This document shows positions 51,831-64,000 of a stretch of DNA of 64,000 bases, piece after piece. Each line of letters begins with the position of its first letter. Positions within the stretch are counted from its first letter, which is position 1. The notes beneath the pieces were generated by a model. It saw only the letters and a list, made by a program, of their open reading frames with translations, did not search any database and was not told the DNA's origin. This stretch comes from Thalia democratica (taxonomy: Eukaryota). A program made the translations under genes and the position numbers. The DNA lies in assembly GCA_965202585.1 (NCBI GenBank), contig OZ241832.1:62806001-62870000 (forward strand), read 5' to 3'.

Positions 51831-54800
51831 ACCCTGGCTCAAAAGAAAATACATGTCTGGATATCAAAATGTTTGCAATTTCGTGTAGTAAAAATATTAG
51901 TCTGATTGAAAATAAATCTAGCCGTAGTCTATCCGGACTTTATGAAAATAAATATTATAGACAAATTTTAAAAACTTAGATATATACAGTTGACAAAGGA
52001 CGAATCCCTTAGTTTATTTTTTTTTTGTTATAACAAAAAAACTAACTACATAGAGAATAATAGATAGCTTTGAAAAAAGTAAGCTTTCAAAGTCAGAAAG
52101 CAAAAAGTCTAGCTTTAAATTAATTTAAAAAACTTATCAACTAGAATAAGGTTTGCAAAATTTCGTTAAGAAAACCAAAGCCAGCAATTAAAGTATAAGT
52201 AATGTGTAAAATTATATTGATACTAAAATCTTTAAAGATTAAATAGTATAGTACTGTTTTTTTATAATACATATGACTATTTTGGCTTTAAACATTTAAG
52301 AACCATTTTCAGAGACATTTAAACTATTAAAATACAACGGTCTTACTATGTTTTTTTTTTTTTTTTTAATATTTGGTTAAAACTTCGATTTAAAGCATAA
52401 GAAATTATTAAAAAACTTTTTATTTAAATATCTCATATTTTTTATTTATTGTTTTAATTTTAATCATTAAATACGCGAAAAATATTAATTTTTTAAATAA
52501 TGGTCAAAAATAATATTAGTTATTTATATTTATAAAATATTTATTTTTTTATTCATTTAATTTTTTTTTGTCGTTTTACCTGTTTTTACCAGTGAAACGT
52601 AATCTTAATAAAAAAGCTTAAATTAACTTAAAAATTATTAGTTAAAAATTTATTTTTTTTCACTTTGTTACAGGTTGGTCAAAATAAATTATCATTTTAA
52701 GAGCTACTTTTTCAAGTTCTCACCAAAAAGTAAACTGAAATAAAAAGTTTTTTTTTTAACGAAAACTTATTATAAAATTGTTTTTTTTTAACTTTTTGTA
52801 GCTATTTACATCTTTGTAAATGTTACTTTAAACTTAAGTTTATTGGCTTTTTATAAAGAGAAATGCTATGTTGCATTAAAGTAGCTCTAACAAAATATTA
52901 CTACTTATATAAACTTATGTAAGCATTTTTCACAAATAATTTTTAAATTTCTAAATTATAATATACTCGAAAGTTATGTGATCTAACGCTTAGTTACCAG
53001 ATTTCTAATAGAAAACCGCAACATAATAACTCGAGCATGAAATTTTAAATTAAGACTAATAATTTTTTTTGAGTGTTCAGAGCTTTTCACTTTTGGAATT
53101 ATGACAATCCTGATCTAGAGTAGCTGCGTTAAAATTTGTTGTTCTAGTTCTTAAACAATAAAGAATTTTATAGAACCTCTTAACTACCTCATAGTTAAGA
53201 ACTTAATTAAAACAGGTATATACTACTGTGAAAATATTTAACAACTCTCAAATTCTTTTAATATTTTCATACCTTTTTAGTCCATATTCTAGCAAATAAC
53301 TTTCACGTAAAAATACTTAAAAGATTTATTTATATAAAAAACCGTACAATAGAAAAGTTTGAAAGTGTTTTTTAATGAAATTTAGTAAAGTTGTTTACTT
53401 TATACTTAGCTTAAAGTTGACTATGAATTTAACTTGGGTAATCTGAACTTTATATTTTTACTTAAACTTAAAAGTTTTAGTGTCGAAGAAAAAAAAGAAT
53501 TTTATAAATCAAACGTAGTAATTACGTTATTTTTTTTAAATAAATATATTGTTTTAGAAATGGAAAACTTCTAATGTTTTTTTATTTATCAAAAATGTAT
53601 TTTTTAATTATAAAAACTGGTAAAAACTTTACCTTTCTAAAAAGAATATAAAATTTACGAAAAAAAGTTTCTGTCAAAATTATTCATATAGAGATTTGTA
53701 AACTTTCAGCAGCAAAACAAAAGTTAAGTAAGCTAATTTTAATGTTTGAACCATCAGGTTTTTTTTAGAAGTTTTAAAGTAATTTTATTTATAATTAACC
53801 AATGTTTTATTTTTAATAGAAAATTTAAGTAAGAGACATTAAAATATATATATATGAAATAATTTAATATAAGTAAAAGTTTACAAGATATCATAATAGT
53901 TATAATTAAAATAAAATTTTTTAGTTAATCTTTAGTACTGTAAATCTGTTTTTAATTTGTACAATGGTATATTATTTATTTTGAGATTTTTAAGTTTTTT
54001 TTTTTAATTAAATAAATTTTTTGAAATGGTAGGCCTTTAAATTACTTTTAGTCTAAGCAATATATACTGTAATACATATTTTTAATTTGAAAAAGGTTGA
54101 AGCTTTTTTTTCTATTTTTAGATGACCTAGGCTTGTTGGAAAATAAGTAGGTAAATAATAACTTTACCCTGTGAGACTAAAAATAAACAAAAAATAAAAG
54201 TTTATTTAATTTAAATTAAACAAGACTTCTAAATTTTTATTTTTTTATTATTTTATTCCTGTATTTTTGCACCTAAACAATAATTAAGTGAATTTGTTTG
54301 CAGTTTGACTTAACAGATTATCTTCAAATTTTTAACTACTTTTATGTATGTTAGACCAATATTTTATTTTTAACAATTTATTCAAGTATGAGATTTACAA
54401 AACCTTTTAATATAAGAAGTATCCTATATAAGTAATTTTAAAAAGGTGTAAAATAGGAATCAAAACTATTACTAAAATACACACCTTATTAGCAGATGTT
54501 ATTAGCTTCCAATAAATGGTATTTAATGCTACGTTTAATTCAAACTTATGAAAGCTTATTAATCAAAAGAAACCCTGCAACTGTTAAAAGTCAGTATTTT
54601 GTTTTAATATTAAATGCAATTGATATATAAGTTTATAGTTTTAAACTCAATACTGTCATTTTAATTTTAATAATATGCATTATTATGTTATTAATGTTGA
54701 GTTAGATTTAGTTTTTTAGGCTAGTTATATAAATTTGGAAAATTTATGTTTTGTATTTTGTCATTTTATAATTATTTTTATTAAAAAACTTGATTTTTAA

Positions 54801-54899
54801 AGAAGTTCAAAGTTTTTCTTATAAACATTAAAAAATCTGGATGAACTTAAAAAGCACAGTTTTTTTTATTCAAAAAAATTGCAACCCTTGTAATAAAAG

Positions 54900-57700
54900 T
54901 TATCATGCTTTTTTATTTAGTTGAACATCAAATATTATAAAATAAGTCAACCAAAAAACTATATACTAATTACAAATGACATTTTTGATACATAGCTTTA
55001 CAAACCAGCCGTAGTATGATTGCATCATATATTGTAATCAAGGCCAGATGTAGTTTCAGAATTAGACTTAATTATTATTTATTCCAAGTAGTTTATTGTA
55101 CATCCTTAAAGTATAACCCTGTAAGACTTAAATTTTTGTGTAAAACTTTTAACAACAATTGAAGTATTTAATAAAGTATGATGTTCTTAAATGTTGTTTA
55201 GTATTTGATATGTTGTTAAATATAAAATATAACCGCTAAAAGTCATGTCTAACTTTTGTGTAGTATAGAATAATTTAAATTTTGAGTTGTTATTCAATTA
55301 ATTATTTTAAATTTAATTACTGTTTTAGTGTTAGTTTCACTATATACCAACATCCTGAATCTTATTAGTAATAAACTAGTCTTAAAAGTATTTTATATTT
55401 CAGTTTTAAAGCACTTAAAAAATAAACTGGTAATGATATAGTAAAAAGTATTTAGTAACCAATGTTTTTATAATTCAAACATGTTCAAATTAGACAATTT
55501 AGTAAATTAACAAAATACTTTATACATTAACTTTTGTTTTTAAGGCAGTATTTATCAATTTTTACTCATTTTTGTTATTTTTATACCATACTTCTTTGTT
55601 TTTAACAGTAGACCTAAAGAAGTTTTACCATTAAAACTTGGATTTAATGTTTTAGAACAAAACCAAAGTTTACTATAATTCATTTCGGTTTAACGATAAC
55701 TAGAAAAAGTTAAGGGGTTAAAAATCTATTATACAAATAGATCATATTGATAAAAGTTTCAAAGGGAGATTAAAAAGTAAAACACAAAGGATAACGACAC
55801 AATTCAAGTTTTTAAAATCTCAGAAGCAAGCGCCAATACTAAAGTTAGAATAAACCACTAACTTACAAAGACACAACTTAAGTCTCAATAAGTCACAATT
55901 AGTTGATTACAAGGTTGAAGTCGAAGTAAGCTGCAAATTGTATTGACACTATTTAAGTTCTAAAGTCACAGAAAAGTGGTAAAAAAAAATTGAACTAGAT
56001 ATTTCACAAAGGGTAGAGTCCCAGTGTAAGTCAAAATAGAACTGACAAAATAGAAGTCCGCTAAATTTTCAACAAAACTTACAAAATTAAATTACAAAGT
56101 CACAATAGAACTGAAAAAATTTAGTTAACATAGTCGTAATAGATCTGACAAAGTATCAGTACAAATAACTTACAAAAAGTGGTTACTAATTTTAAGTCAC
56201 AGTAGATTTGTTAATATTCGTGTATGACTCTTAAATCTTATCAGAATTATAGAAAAAACCAAACTTATTAGTAATTAGACAGCAAAGGCCGTAGCATGCT
56301 GAAAATTTTGAGGAAGTTGTTTCGTAAAGGTTTGTATGGGCATGACATTTGAGTGTTTTTGTTTATGTGTCTTTTATTATTTTTTGTCTTTTAAGTGCTG
56401 CAATCTCTATAGATCATGTTTATTATAATTTTGAAGTTTAAACACATTAAAATAATTATGATTATAACAAATAAAAAGTTTTTTAGAATTAAAAAACTTT
56501 TTTTTGTTATTTGTTCAGTAATTCTTTTTTTTAAATTAATATACCTTTTTTATTGACAAACAATAATAATATATTTGTGACCATTTTAAACTCTTATATG
56601 TGTTATTTTTTCTCTTTTTTTCAAAAGGTAGTACGAATGATATCTTCAGTTAAAAAAAATGTTTGCATTTTGTAGATGTGATTGTATTGCCTAGGTATGT
56701 AAAAAAAATTAAAATCAGCTCTTTACATTTACTAGTTGAGCAATATTTTTTAGTTAAGACAAATAACTGTAATACCTAATAATTAAATACCTTTGCAAAT
56801 TCAATATTTCCAAAAAAGGTTTTAATAGAATTATAAGTATATTTTTTTAGAGCTATAAAACCATGTATTGAAATAGTTGCTTTCTTTTCTTAAAGCTATC
56901 TATCTGTATAAACAATACCATTTTAATTAGTTTTAACATTAAGTCTAACTTTTGTATTTTCTTAACTGTATTTATATTTTTGCTGTTGATTTTTATATAT
57001 ATAAGAAAAATTGTACTTATTAACAATAAAAATTGCTTATTCTGCGAGCTAAAATAAATAAAAAGAGTAAGATCAGGTACTCTTCAAAAACTGCAAGAAG
57101 AAGTTGTGTAAATAAATGTCAGTTTCACTGCTGTTCCATTTAGTTGGACATCAATTATTGTAAAATCAGTCAACTAGAAAGCAAGTTGTTCGTAAGCAAG
57201 TTCCAATTTTAACATATACCTAAATGCAGGAGATACGTTGTTTATTGTATTGTAAAGTTTTTTATTAGATTCTCTTTAGTACTGTATAAGTGCTTTTTAT
57301 TTAAATTTAAAGTCATTCACATTCTTAAATGTGTTCCTGTTAAGTTTAATTCTTGTGTAAAAGTTTTGACAACATTTAAAGTATTTTATGTTGTATGATG
57401 TTTACATATGTTTTTCAAGTATTTGATATGACCTTTAATGTAAAATAAAACCATTAAAAGTCATGCCGAGTTTTTATAAATAGTTTAGAATTGTGAATAT
57501 AACTTAGTTCTAAGTTAAGTTTAAATTTATTTATTTTTTTAATGTTAGTTTAGTTGCACTATATCCCTACACCTTGAATACTTTAAGTAGTAGACTAGAA
57601 ATTAAAAGTATTTTAAAATTTAATTTGAAAGTAACTTAAAATAAACTTGTATTTATATAAAAGCAGTTAGTTACCAATACTTTGATAATTTAAATGTATC
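54900..57700 (+). repeat. Further copies of the ~1.4-kb unit running into gene 5 exon 1
   Basis: Core motifs at ~54915-55070 and ~57125-57240; AAAAGTCATG motif near 55240 and 57460. Confidence 0.75.
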
Positions 57701-57794
57701 TAAAATTTAAAAAGTTAATTTAAATGATTTAATAATGTTAAACTACTTTTAGAACAGTTGTATAAATATACTTGAGAACAAAGATAATAAAGTC

Positions 57795-57978
57795 ATGTCT
57801 TCAAAAATCAATTCAAGCAGAAATGATGTGAAGAAAAAAGAATTTGCGAAAATTGAAGAAGTTTTGAACATTACTGATGCCGATGAACATAAAAGTTTTG
57901 TAAAATTTTGCAAGCAAGTTTCTGAAGTTAATTTCAAAAGTAAAAATGTGCATATTTTTCGTGTTTCTAATAAGTTGG
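57795..57978 (+). pseudogene. Kelch-like paralogue 5, exon 1 (open; the gene is a pseudogene)
   Basis: MSSKINSS...SFVKFCK...SNKL, 184 nt, donor G|GTAAGTC at 57979. Confidence 0.85.
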
Positions 57979-58856
57979 GTAAGTCAATGTTTTCTGTGTG
58001 TGCAACAATAATTTTGTGTACATAGTGTTCTACTAATATCTTAAAAGTGAAAAATAATTATGTTTGATTTTTAATCTTTTTTAAAACTTAATGGAAAGTA
58101 AATTATAAATAATAGGATACAGGATTTATGTGTTTCCAAAATTGATTGCTACAATACAACAAATTGTTGCAGATTAGCTTTTATTATTGTTTCTATTTTT
58201 TTGATGTTTAATTAATAAACATTTAGTTTTAAAATATAGTTCAAATTGCGGTAAATATCTAACATCTATTCAATGCTTGTTTTATCTAAACGATTTAAAA
58301 TATCTGGTGCTAATCATTATGATTAAAATTACTTCATACAGTTTCAAGCCTCATAGTAACAAGTTTTATATATCCAAATTAATAAGTATATAAAACTTGT
58401 AGTTAAAGCAGTTAGTACTGTGTAATTATGCTTTTATATTTACTTATAAAAAAATATATAAAAGTTAATAATAACATTTGTTATTATTAACAAGTATAAT
58501 TATTTTTATTAAGATGTGTGATGTACGATTTAGATTTGCTGAAGTATTACTATTTCCAACTTTACATTATATACTTTTAATAAACAATTAACGGATTACA
58601 AAACATTATAACAAAATTTTAAAATTTTAATTAAAAACAGTGGATAATAAAAAAAAATTACGATTACTTAAATTTCAAAATATAGCCTTAAAAAAAGCGT
58701 CCTTTTTTTTTTATGTAGTTATTTTATGCAAGAAATTTTTAGTAACTGCTAAATCTTACCAGAAAATTACATAAACTACATAACATCAAAAAACAGTTGG
58801 TAAAAATTATTAATTAAGTGAGCTATCACTGTGAAAACTTCATATCGATATTTCAG

Positions 58857-60250
58857 ATGAAATGAATCGAGAACATTGTGAACTAACATCAGCCATCAAG
58901 TTAACTAAACACTCATTGAATGAACACTTGATTACTACAGCGCTTGAAAACTTCAACGAAAAGCTACAAATTCAAAATGTAGTATTGTTTAATCAGCTAG
59001 CCTCAAAATTCAACCTGTCAGATCTTCACTTTACTGTTTTTAGATACATAGAACGTTGTTTTAGTATGATAGTTGAAACAGAAAGCTTTCTAGAGTTAGA
59101 TTTTAATATTGTCTCTAGAATATTTGCAAGTTCTAGTTTACAAGTTGATTCAGAAGTTGAAGTTTATAATGCAGCAAATAAATGGTTGAATCGCAACATA
59201 GAAGAACGTAGCAAATTTGCAAAAAACTTTTACTTAAAGTTCGTCTAAATCTGTTATCAGATCAGTGTTTAAAATATCTCATAAATGAGTCTTCGTGTAT
59301 TTTTAATAATAATGATTGTCTTGAAGTGTTGAAAAACAGAGATAGGTTTTATCAGAATGTGTCTACTATACATAATAAAAGTAGGCAATGTAACCAAAAC
59401 ATGTTCAATATTCTTATTTGTGGTGGTATAGATGATGAGAAACGAAAATCTCTAAATCAAGTAAAATTACTAGATGTGAACAATTTAAAGGGACTTAAAG
59501 ACTCACCTTCAATGTTTGAAAAACGATATCTTCTAATGGAGTTTGTTTTAAATGAGAAGCTTATGTCTTTGGTGGTTCAAGTTCTGTACGAAGTCGTCTA
59601 AAGTCAGTTGAAAAATATTCACCTGTTAGTAAAACTTGGAGTTATGTTTGTGATATGCCTGATGAACGTCAATACTTTTGTGCTTGTGCATTTATAGATA
59701 AAATGTATACTTTTGGTGGTTACAATTATATGTCTGGTGATGATTTAGAATCTTGTTTTCAGTTTGATGCTAAAATATTGAAATGGATAGAAATTGAAAA
59801 AATGAACAAACCCAGAGAACTTTTAGCTTGTACAAAATTTGAAGGAAATATTGTAGTTTCTGGTGGAAATAACAATGGATTTGATTTAAACACCGTATAA
59901 TTATATGATGTATACGCTGATATTTGGACACCAATGCCAAGTATGATTGAAAAAAGATGTAGGCATAGTTTGGTTTGTACTAAAAGTAAATTGGTTTTGG
60001 TGGTGATAATAACAACACAAATTGTGAAGTTTTTGACAAAACTAGCAATGTGTTTGTTACACTTGAAACACCTGAATTTTGGTCATATGGGGTGAAAGCC
60101 ATTTCATTTAGAATTAAAATATTTGTCTTTTTAAATTTTACTCAAAAAGTTTTATGTTATGATGTTGTTAAAGATGAATGGTCAAAAGAATCATGTATAG
60201 TTACTGAAAATATTTCAGATTATTCAGCTGTCAAAATACCTTTATTTTAA
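58857..60250 (+). pseudogene. Kelch-like paralogue 5, disabled exon 2
   Basis: Intact acceptor TTTCAG| 58855-58856. 1-nt loss in the A-run 59221-59226; second frameshift near 59535; nonsense TGA 59553-59555 and TAA 59898-59900; third frameshift near 59995. Confidence 0.92.
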
Positions 60251-62868
60251 AAAACATAGCATGAACTAGATGTTTCTTTTTTTGATGAGGTATTAAACTT
60301 TGAGTAAGCTAACTTAAACAACTAATTATTATTATTGTTTAAGTTTAAGCAGTTATTTCGTTTTTCAGTCTCTTTATACTTGTTAAGTGCTAAACTTGTT
60401 TTTTTAATTAGTACTAAAGATAATTGAAAAAAATTTAACGATGATTTTTAACATCAAAACAAGCAATTTCCTTAAATAAAATTTAAACTAACCGATTTAA
60501 ATACGTTTTGTGTTTATTAATAACAATTTAGCTACCGTTAAAAATTTTTTATATCACTTTTTGTTTGTAAACTTTATATATATTTAAAAGCTTTAATAGT
60601 TTCATAAATTTATAAACTTATACTTATACTTATTAAACGTTTTGACTGAATAGAAATTTCATGAAATAATAGTAAAGAATTTATTTTATGAATGTTTTTT
60701 ATGGTGTATAGTTTTCGAACATAAAACATTCGTATAAAGTTAATAAACCTACTAAAGTTATTGTGTTTCTACTTAATATGAAAATTATTTGACTTCTTAC
60801 TTTCTTAGTTCAATAAATCTGTATAACCTATATAAAGAAATTTGTTACAGTGTAAAAGACGTTAAAAGGTATCTGTGGTGTGCGACTAGATAACCGAAAG
60901 GTTTTTTTATGCAACAGGTCCTATTTATCTTTTTTTTACGTCAGCGACTTTTTTTCGTGAAATAAACTATACATGACGTAAACAAGATGTTAAAAAATGA
61001 TATACTTTTCAGAGTTGATAAAATTTTACTATTCCGATCTGATAAAATTTTAAATATTACTGAAATGCTTACTGCATTTACTAGCTCTATTTACAAAAAC
61101 TCGTAAGCACTTTAAATATTTATAAAAGTTTTAACTATTTAAAAACCTTAAGCATTTTTTTGTTATCAAGTATTTAAAGTATCTATTTTATATATGATTA
61201 CTTTTACACGTAAAAAGCTAATAGTTATGACATTTAATTAATTTCAGTACGAAAATACTATTTGCAAGTATTATTTTAATTATTTTTATATTAAAAAGCA
61301 CGTTTTATTCTAAACAAAATCAAAATAATTTTAAATTAAAATAACCACAACTTTCTATTAAGTAAAAAAAGAAGTTAAAACGTGTGCTTAACATTAGTAA
61401 TTAATAATTTTTTTACTTATAATTATACTAAAAGAATCAAAGTTGATAATAAGAATTGTTAGATTTGATCTAGAAAAGATAAGGATCTTGATCTAGAAAA
61501 TTTTAAATAATGTTATGTTTTTTAGGTAATAATTTGTATAATTTGGATTTTTTTTCTTAAAAAAAAAGTTACTGTAATCAATTTCATGTTACGAATTAAA
61601 AATCAGCATTTAATAAGAGCTATTAAATAGCTATATAAAAAAGACAAAATTGAAAATATTTCACAATTTTTAAAAGCAAATTAAAAATCAGATTGAAAAG
61701 TAAAAGTACTTATTTCGTTATACGATTGGGACATTGAAAAGGATACTTAAATTTTGCAGTAATTATTTAAACAGTCTTGTATAACTAATTTTAAAAAATT
61801 TTTGAAAATATTGTAACATATACAAATGTATCTACAAAAAAAAAGTGTTTGTTTAAAACTCTAAACTAAAATTTAAACAGTAGTTATATTATTATTCATC
61901 CTATAAATAAAAACAAATTGTTCAGTAATCTTCTTTTGTTGTACAACATATGTTTCTGTGTGTTAATGAATCAAGACACTTTAACTGGGTTCTGTAAAAA
62001 ATTATTACTGTAATGAAAGAATAGAAGCATAGAATAATATGGGTGTATACATGTTTTTTATCAAAATAAAATAATTTCTACAAATAATAGTTGATAATAG
62101 GTAAAATATTTAATATTAAATCCGACTGTTATAAAACTATTTAATATTTGTAATTATTAAGTCTTAAACAAGTAAAGTAAACTAAAATACACAACAAAAC
62201 AATAAATCATAATATAAACAAAGCACTCACGTTAATGGGAAAGATAACTGATTCAAATTTACTGTTGTTAAGCAATGAAGGAAATACATTCTTTACATTT
62301 AATAATTACGTCACAATATAAATGAGGTTGTTTCAACTGTTTAATTTGTATTGCAAAGTTTGTCAATTTAGTTTTTATGTTTGTAATCTATTTGAACAAA
62401 ATAAAACATCAACCATTAGTTAAAGAATTAATAAAATTTAATAAAACTTAACAACGGCGAAGACAATAAAAGTCACAAAAACTCAATGTAACATGTTTTT
62501 ATATATTAAATGCTTGTAAAGGTTAAATCAAAGTTATGTACAATTAGGAAGCAGATTTAGTTTAAATGTAAAACTAAAACATTAAAAAGTTAAAATTTAA
62601 GAAATCAAAACACAAAAAAAAACAAACTTGTTATTGACTTACAAACTACTGACCGATAATTAAGTTGCAGCGACATAAATAAAATCACAATGACTAAAAA
62701 TTACATATAAACTGTGTTTAATAATTATAAAAATATAAAAAAATAATTGGTTGATAAAGTAGCAGTCGGGTGTTTAAATTAAATGTCTCATATAGATATT
62801 TTAAATATTTAATAAGTAAACATGTGTTATATATGAAAGTTAAAATGTAAAATAACAAGGTGGTTATA

Positions 62869-63902
62869 CAGTAACCTCTCGCTTATTTACGCACATTGTG
62901 TCCACAGAAAAAGTGCGTAAAGATATGAGAGATCGTAAAGATACGAGAGGTATCAAATATACTTACTATAATGGCTGTTTTTTTATATTGCTTCTAGTTA
63001 AAAGCAGACTGGGGACTTTCCCATTTTTCACAATTTGTTTACTTTATTTATAAATATGAAAACAAAAGATAAAAATATGCATATATTTAAAAAAGGAAAT
63101 TAAATAAAGATATATATAAAACAATAGTACTTTTAACGTTATAATCCAATTTTAAATAAATAACACTTGTAGAAAAATTCTACTAATTTTAATAACAAGT
63201 AGATTTTATCTTTATATTTGTTTATATGTGACTAATTTTAGTACTTAACATTTATATTCTATTCTACTTAGCAAATTCAATTTATAATTAAGCATTGTTT
63301 ATAATTAAGAAATGCTGTGGTGTTTATATTAAAATGTGCTTATATAACCTCATAGAAAAATATGCATTTGGTGCTATAATAGATTTCTTCTTTTGAATAA
63401 AAGTATATAAAGAATAAGAAAAATGTTAAATAAAAATTGTTTATTTTACAACAACTTTTTTTTAATTTGACCTTTGCCCACATAAGGATAAACCTGTCTT
63501 GCATGGAGTGCACTTTTTGCTAAAAAGTTTCATTAGATTTCATTTTTTGATGTTTAGTCATATAAAGGGCAAGAGTGCTGTATTATTTATCTGTGTCTTA
63601 AACTCTTATTATTCGAGTTTACTTTCATTATTTGACACAGTCATATTTCAGAATTTTAATTTAATCTCTTATTGTTAACAAAATTTCTGATATACTGAGG
63701 TATAACTAAATGTTTATCAATTTAGTAAAGGAACATAAGTTTACAAAGTCTAAAGATATATAAAGGTGAGTTAGCATTTAAAAATATACAATAAACCTAA
63801 CTTCAGCAATATTAAAAAAAAAATATTCTTTAGAATTCTAAAATGCGTAACTAAACGAGAGTGCGTAACGTCACGAGTGCGTAAAGATCCGAGAGGTTAC
63901 TG
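62869..63902. mobile_element. 1034-bp Tc1/mariner(pogo)-like MITE with TA target duplication
   Basis: TA-CAGTAACCTCTCGCTTATTTACGCAC ... GTGCGTAAAGATCCGAGAGGTTACTG-TA (23/26 TIR match); repeated GTGCGTAA subterminal motifs. Confidence 0.8.
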
Positions 63903-63917
63903 TATGCTAAGTATAAA

Positions 63918-64000
63918 CCTGCAGTAAAAAACCTACTAGCTCTCTTTTACGCCTTTTTACCTACTACGCCCAAGAGAGCTAGTAGGTTTTTTACTGCAGG
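63918..64000. repeat. Perfect 29-bp inverted repeat with a 25-nt spacer
   Basis: CCTGCAGTAAAAAACCTACTAGCTCTCTT (63918-63946) and its exact reverse complement (63972-64000). The arms may extend beyond the window. Confidence 0.95.

Noticed and set aside
5278-57937. Antisense ORFs over exons (5278, 23816, 24415, 39426, 39882, 48937, 57749)
   Set aside because: Shadows of the real coding strand.
59221-59226. Gene 5 frameshift as a homopolymer sequencing error
   Set aside because: Possible for this one lesion, but two further frameshifts and two nonsense codons still make it a pseudogene.
3028-60250. Poxvirus-like kelch genes or an endogenous virus
   Set aside because: Conserved spliceosomal introns, MITE-rich spacers and absence of any viral core gene indicate host genes.

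Overview
Very AT-rich eukaryotic (metazoan-like) DNA with GT-AG introns and no prokaryotic features; the species cannot be named from sequence alone. The window holds five paralogues of a two-exon kelch-like gene in orientations -,+,+,-,+. Each has a short exon 1 resembling only the C-terminal half of a BTB domain, a phase-1 intron, and a long BACK + six-bladed Kelch exon. Copies 2 (533 aa) and 4 (522 aa) are intact. Copy 1 has a 5-nt frameshift just after its acceptor. Copies 3 and 5 are pseudogenes. The paralogues look like recombinant mosaics. Intergenic DNA is mostly decayed copies of one ~1.2-1.5 kb repeat that runs into exon 1 of four of the genes, plus hAT-like and TA-target MITEs and a ~4 kb segmental duplication. 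The standout signal is a 43%-GC, 327/328-bp tandem repeat at 40813-41510. Each full unit carries a type I hammerhead ribozyme on the minus strand, i.e. a retrozyme-like element. One unit has an intact core and the other a G5A core, and their strands complement each other in a dimer fold. Two older decayed copies of the same element occur elsewhere in the window. All alignments were done by eye, so repeat boundaries are approximate unless a TIR, TSD or splice site is quoted.
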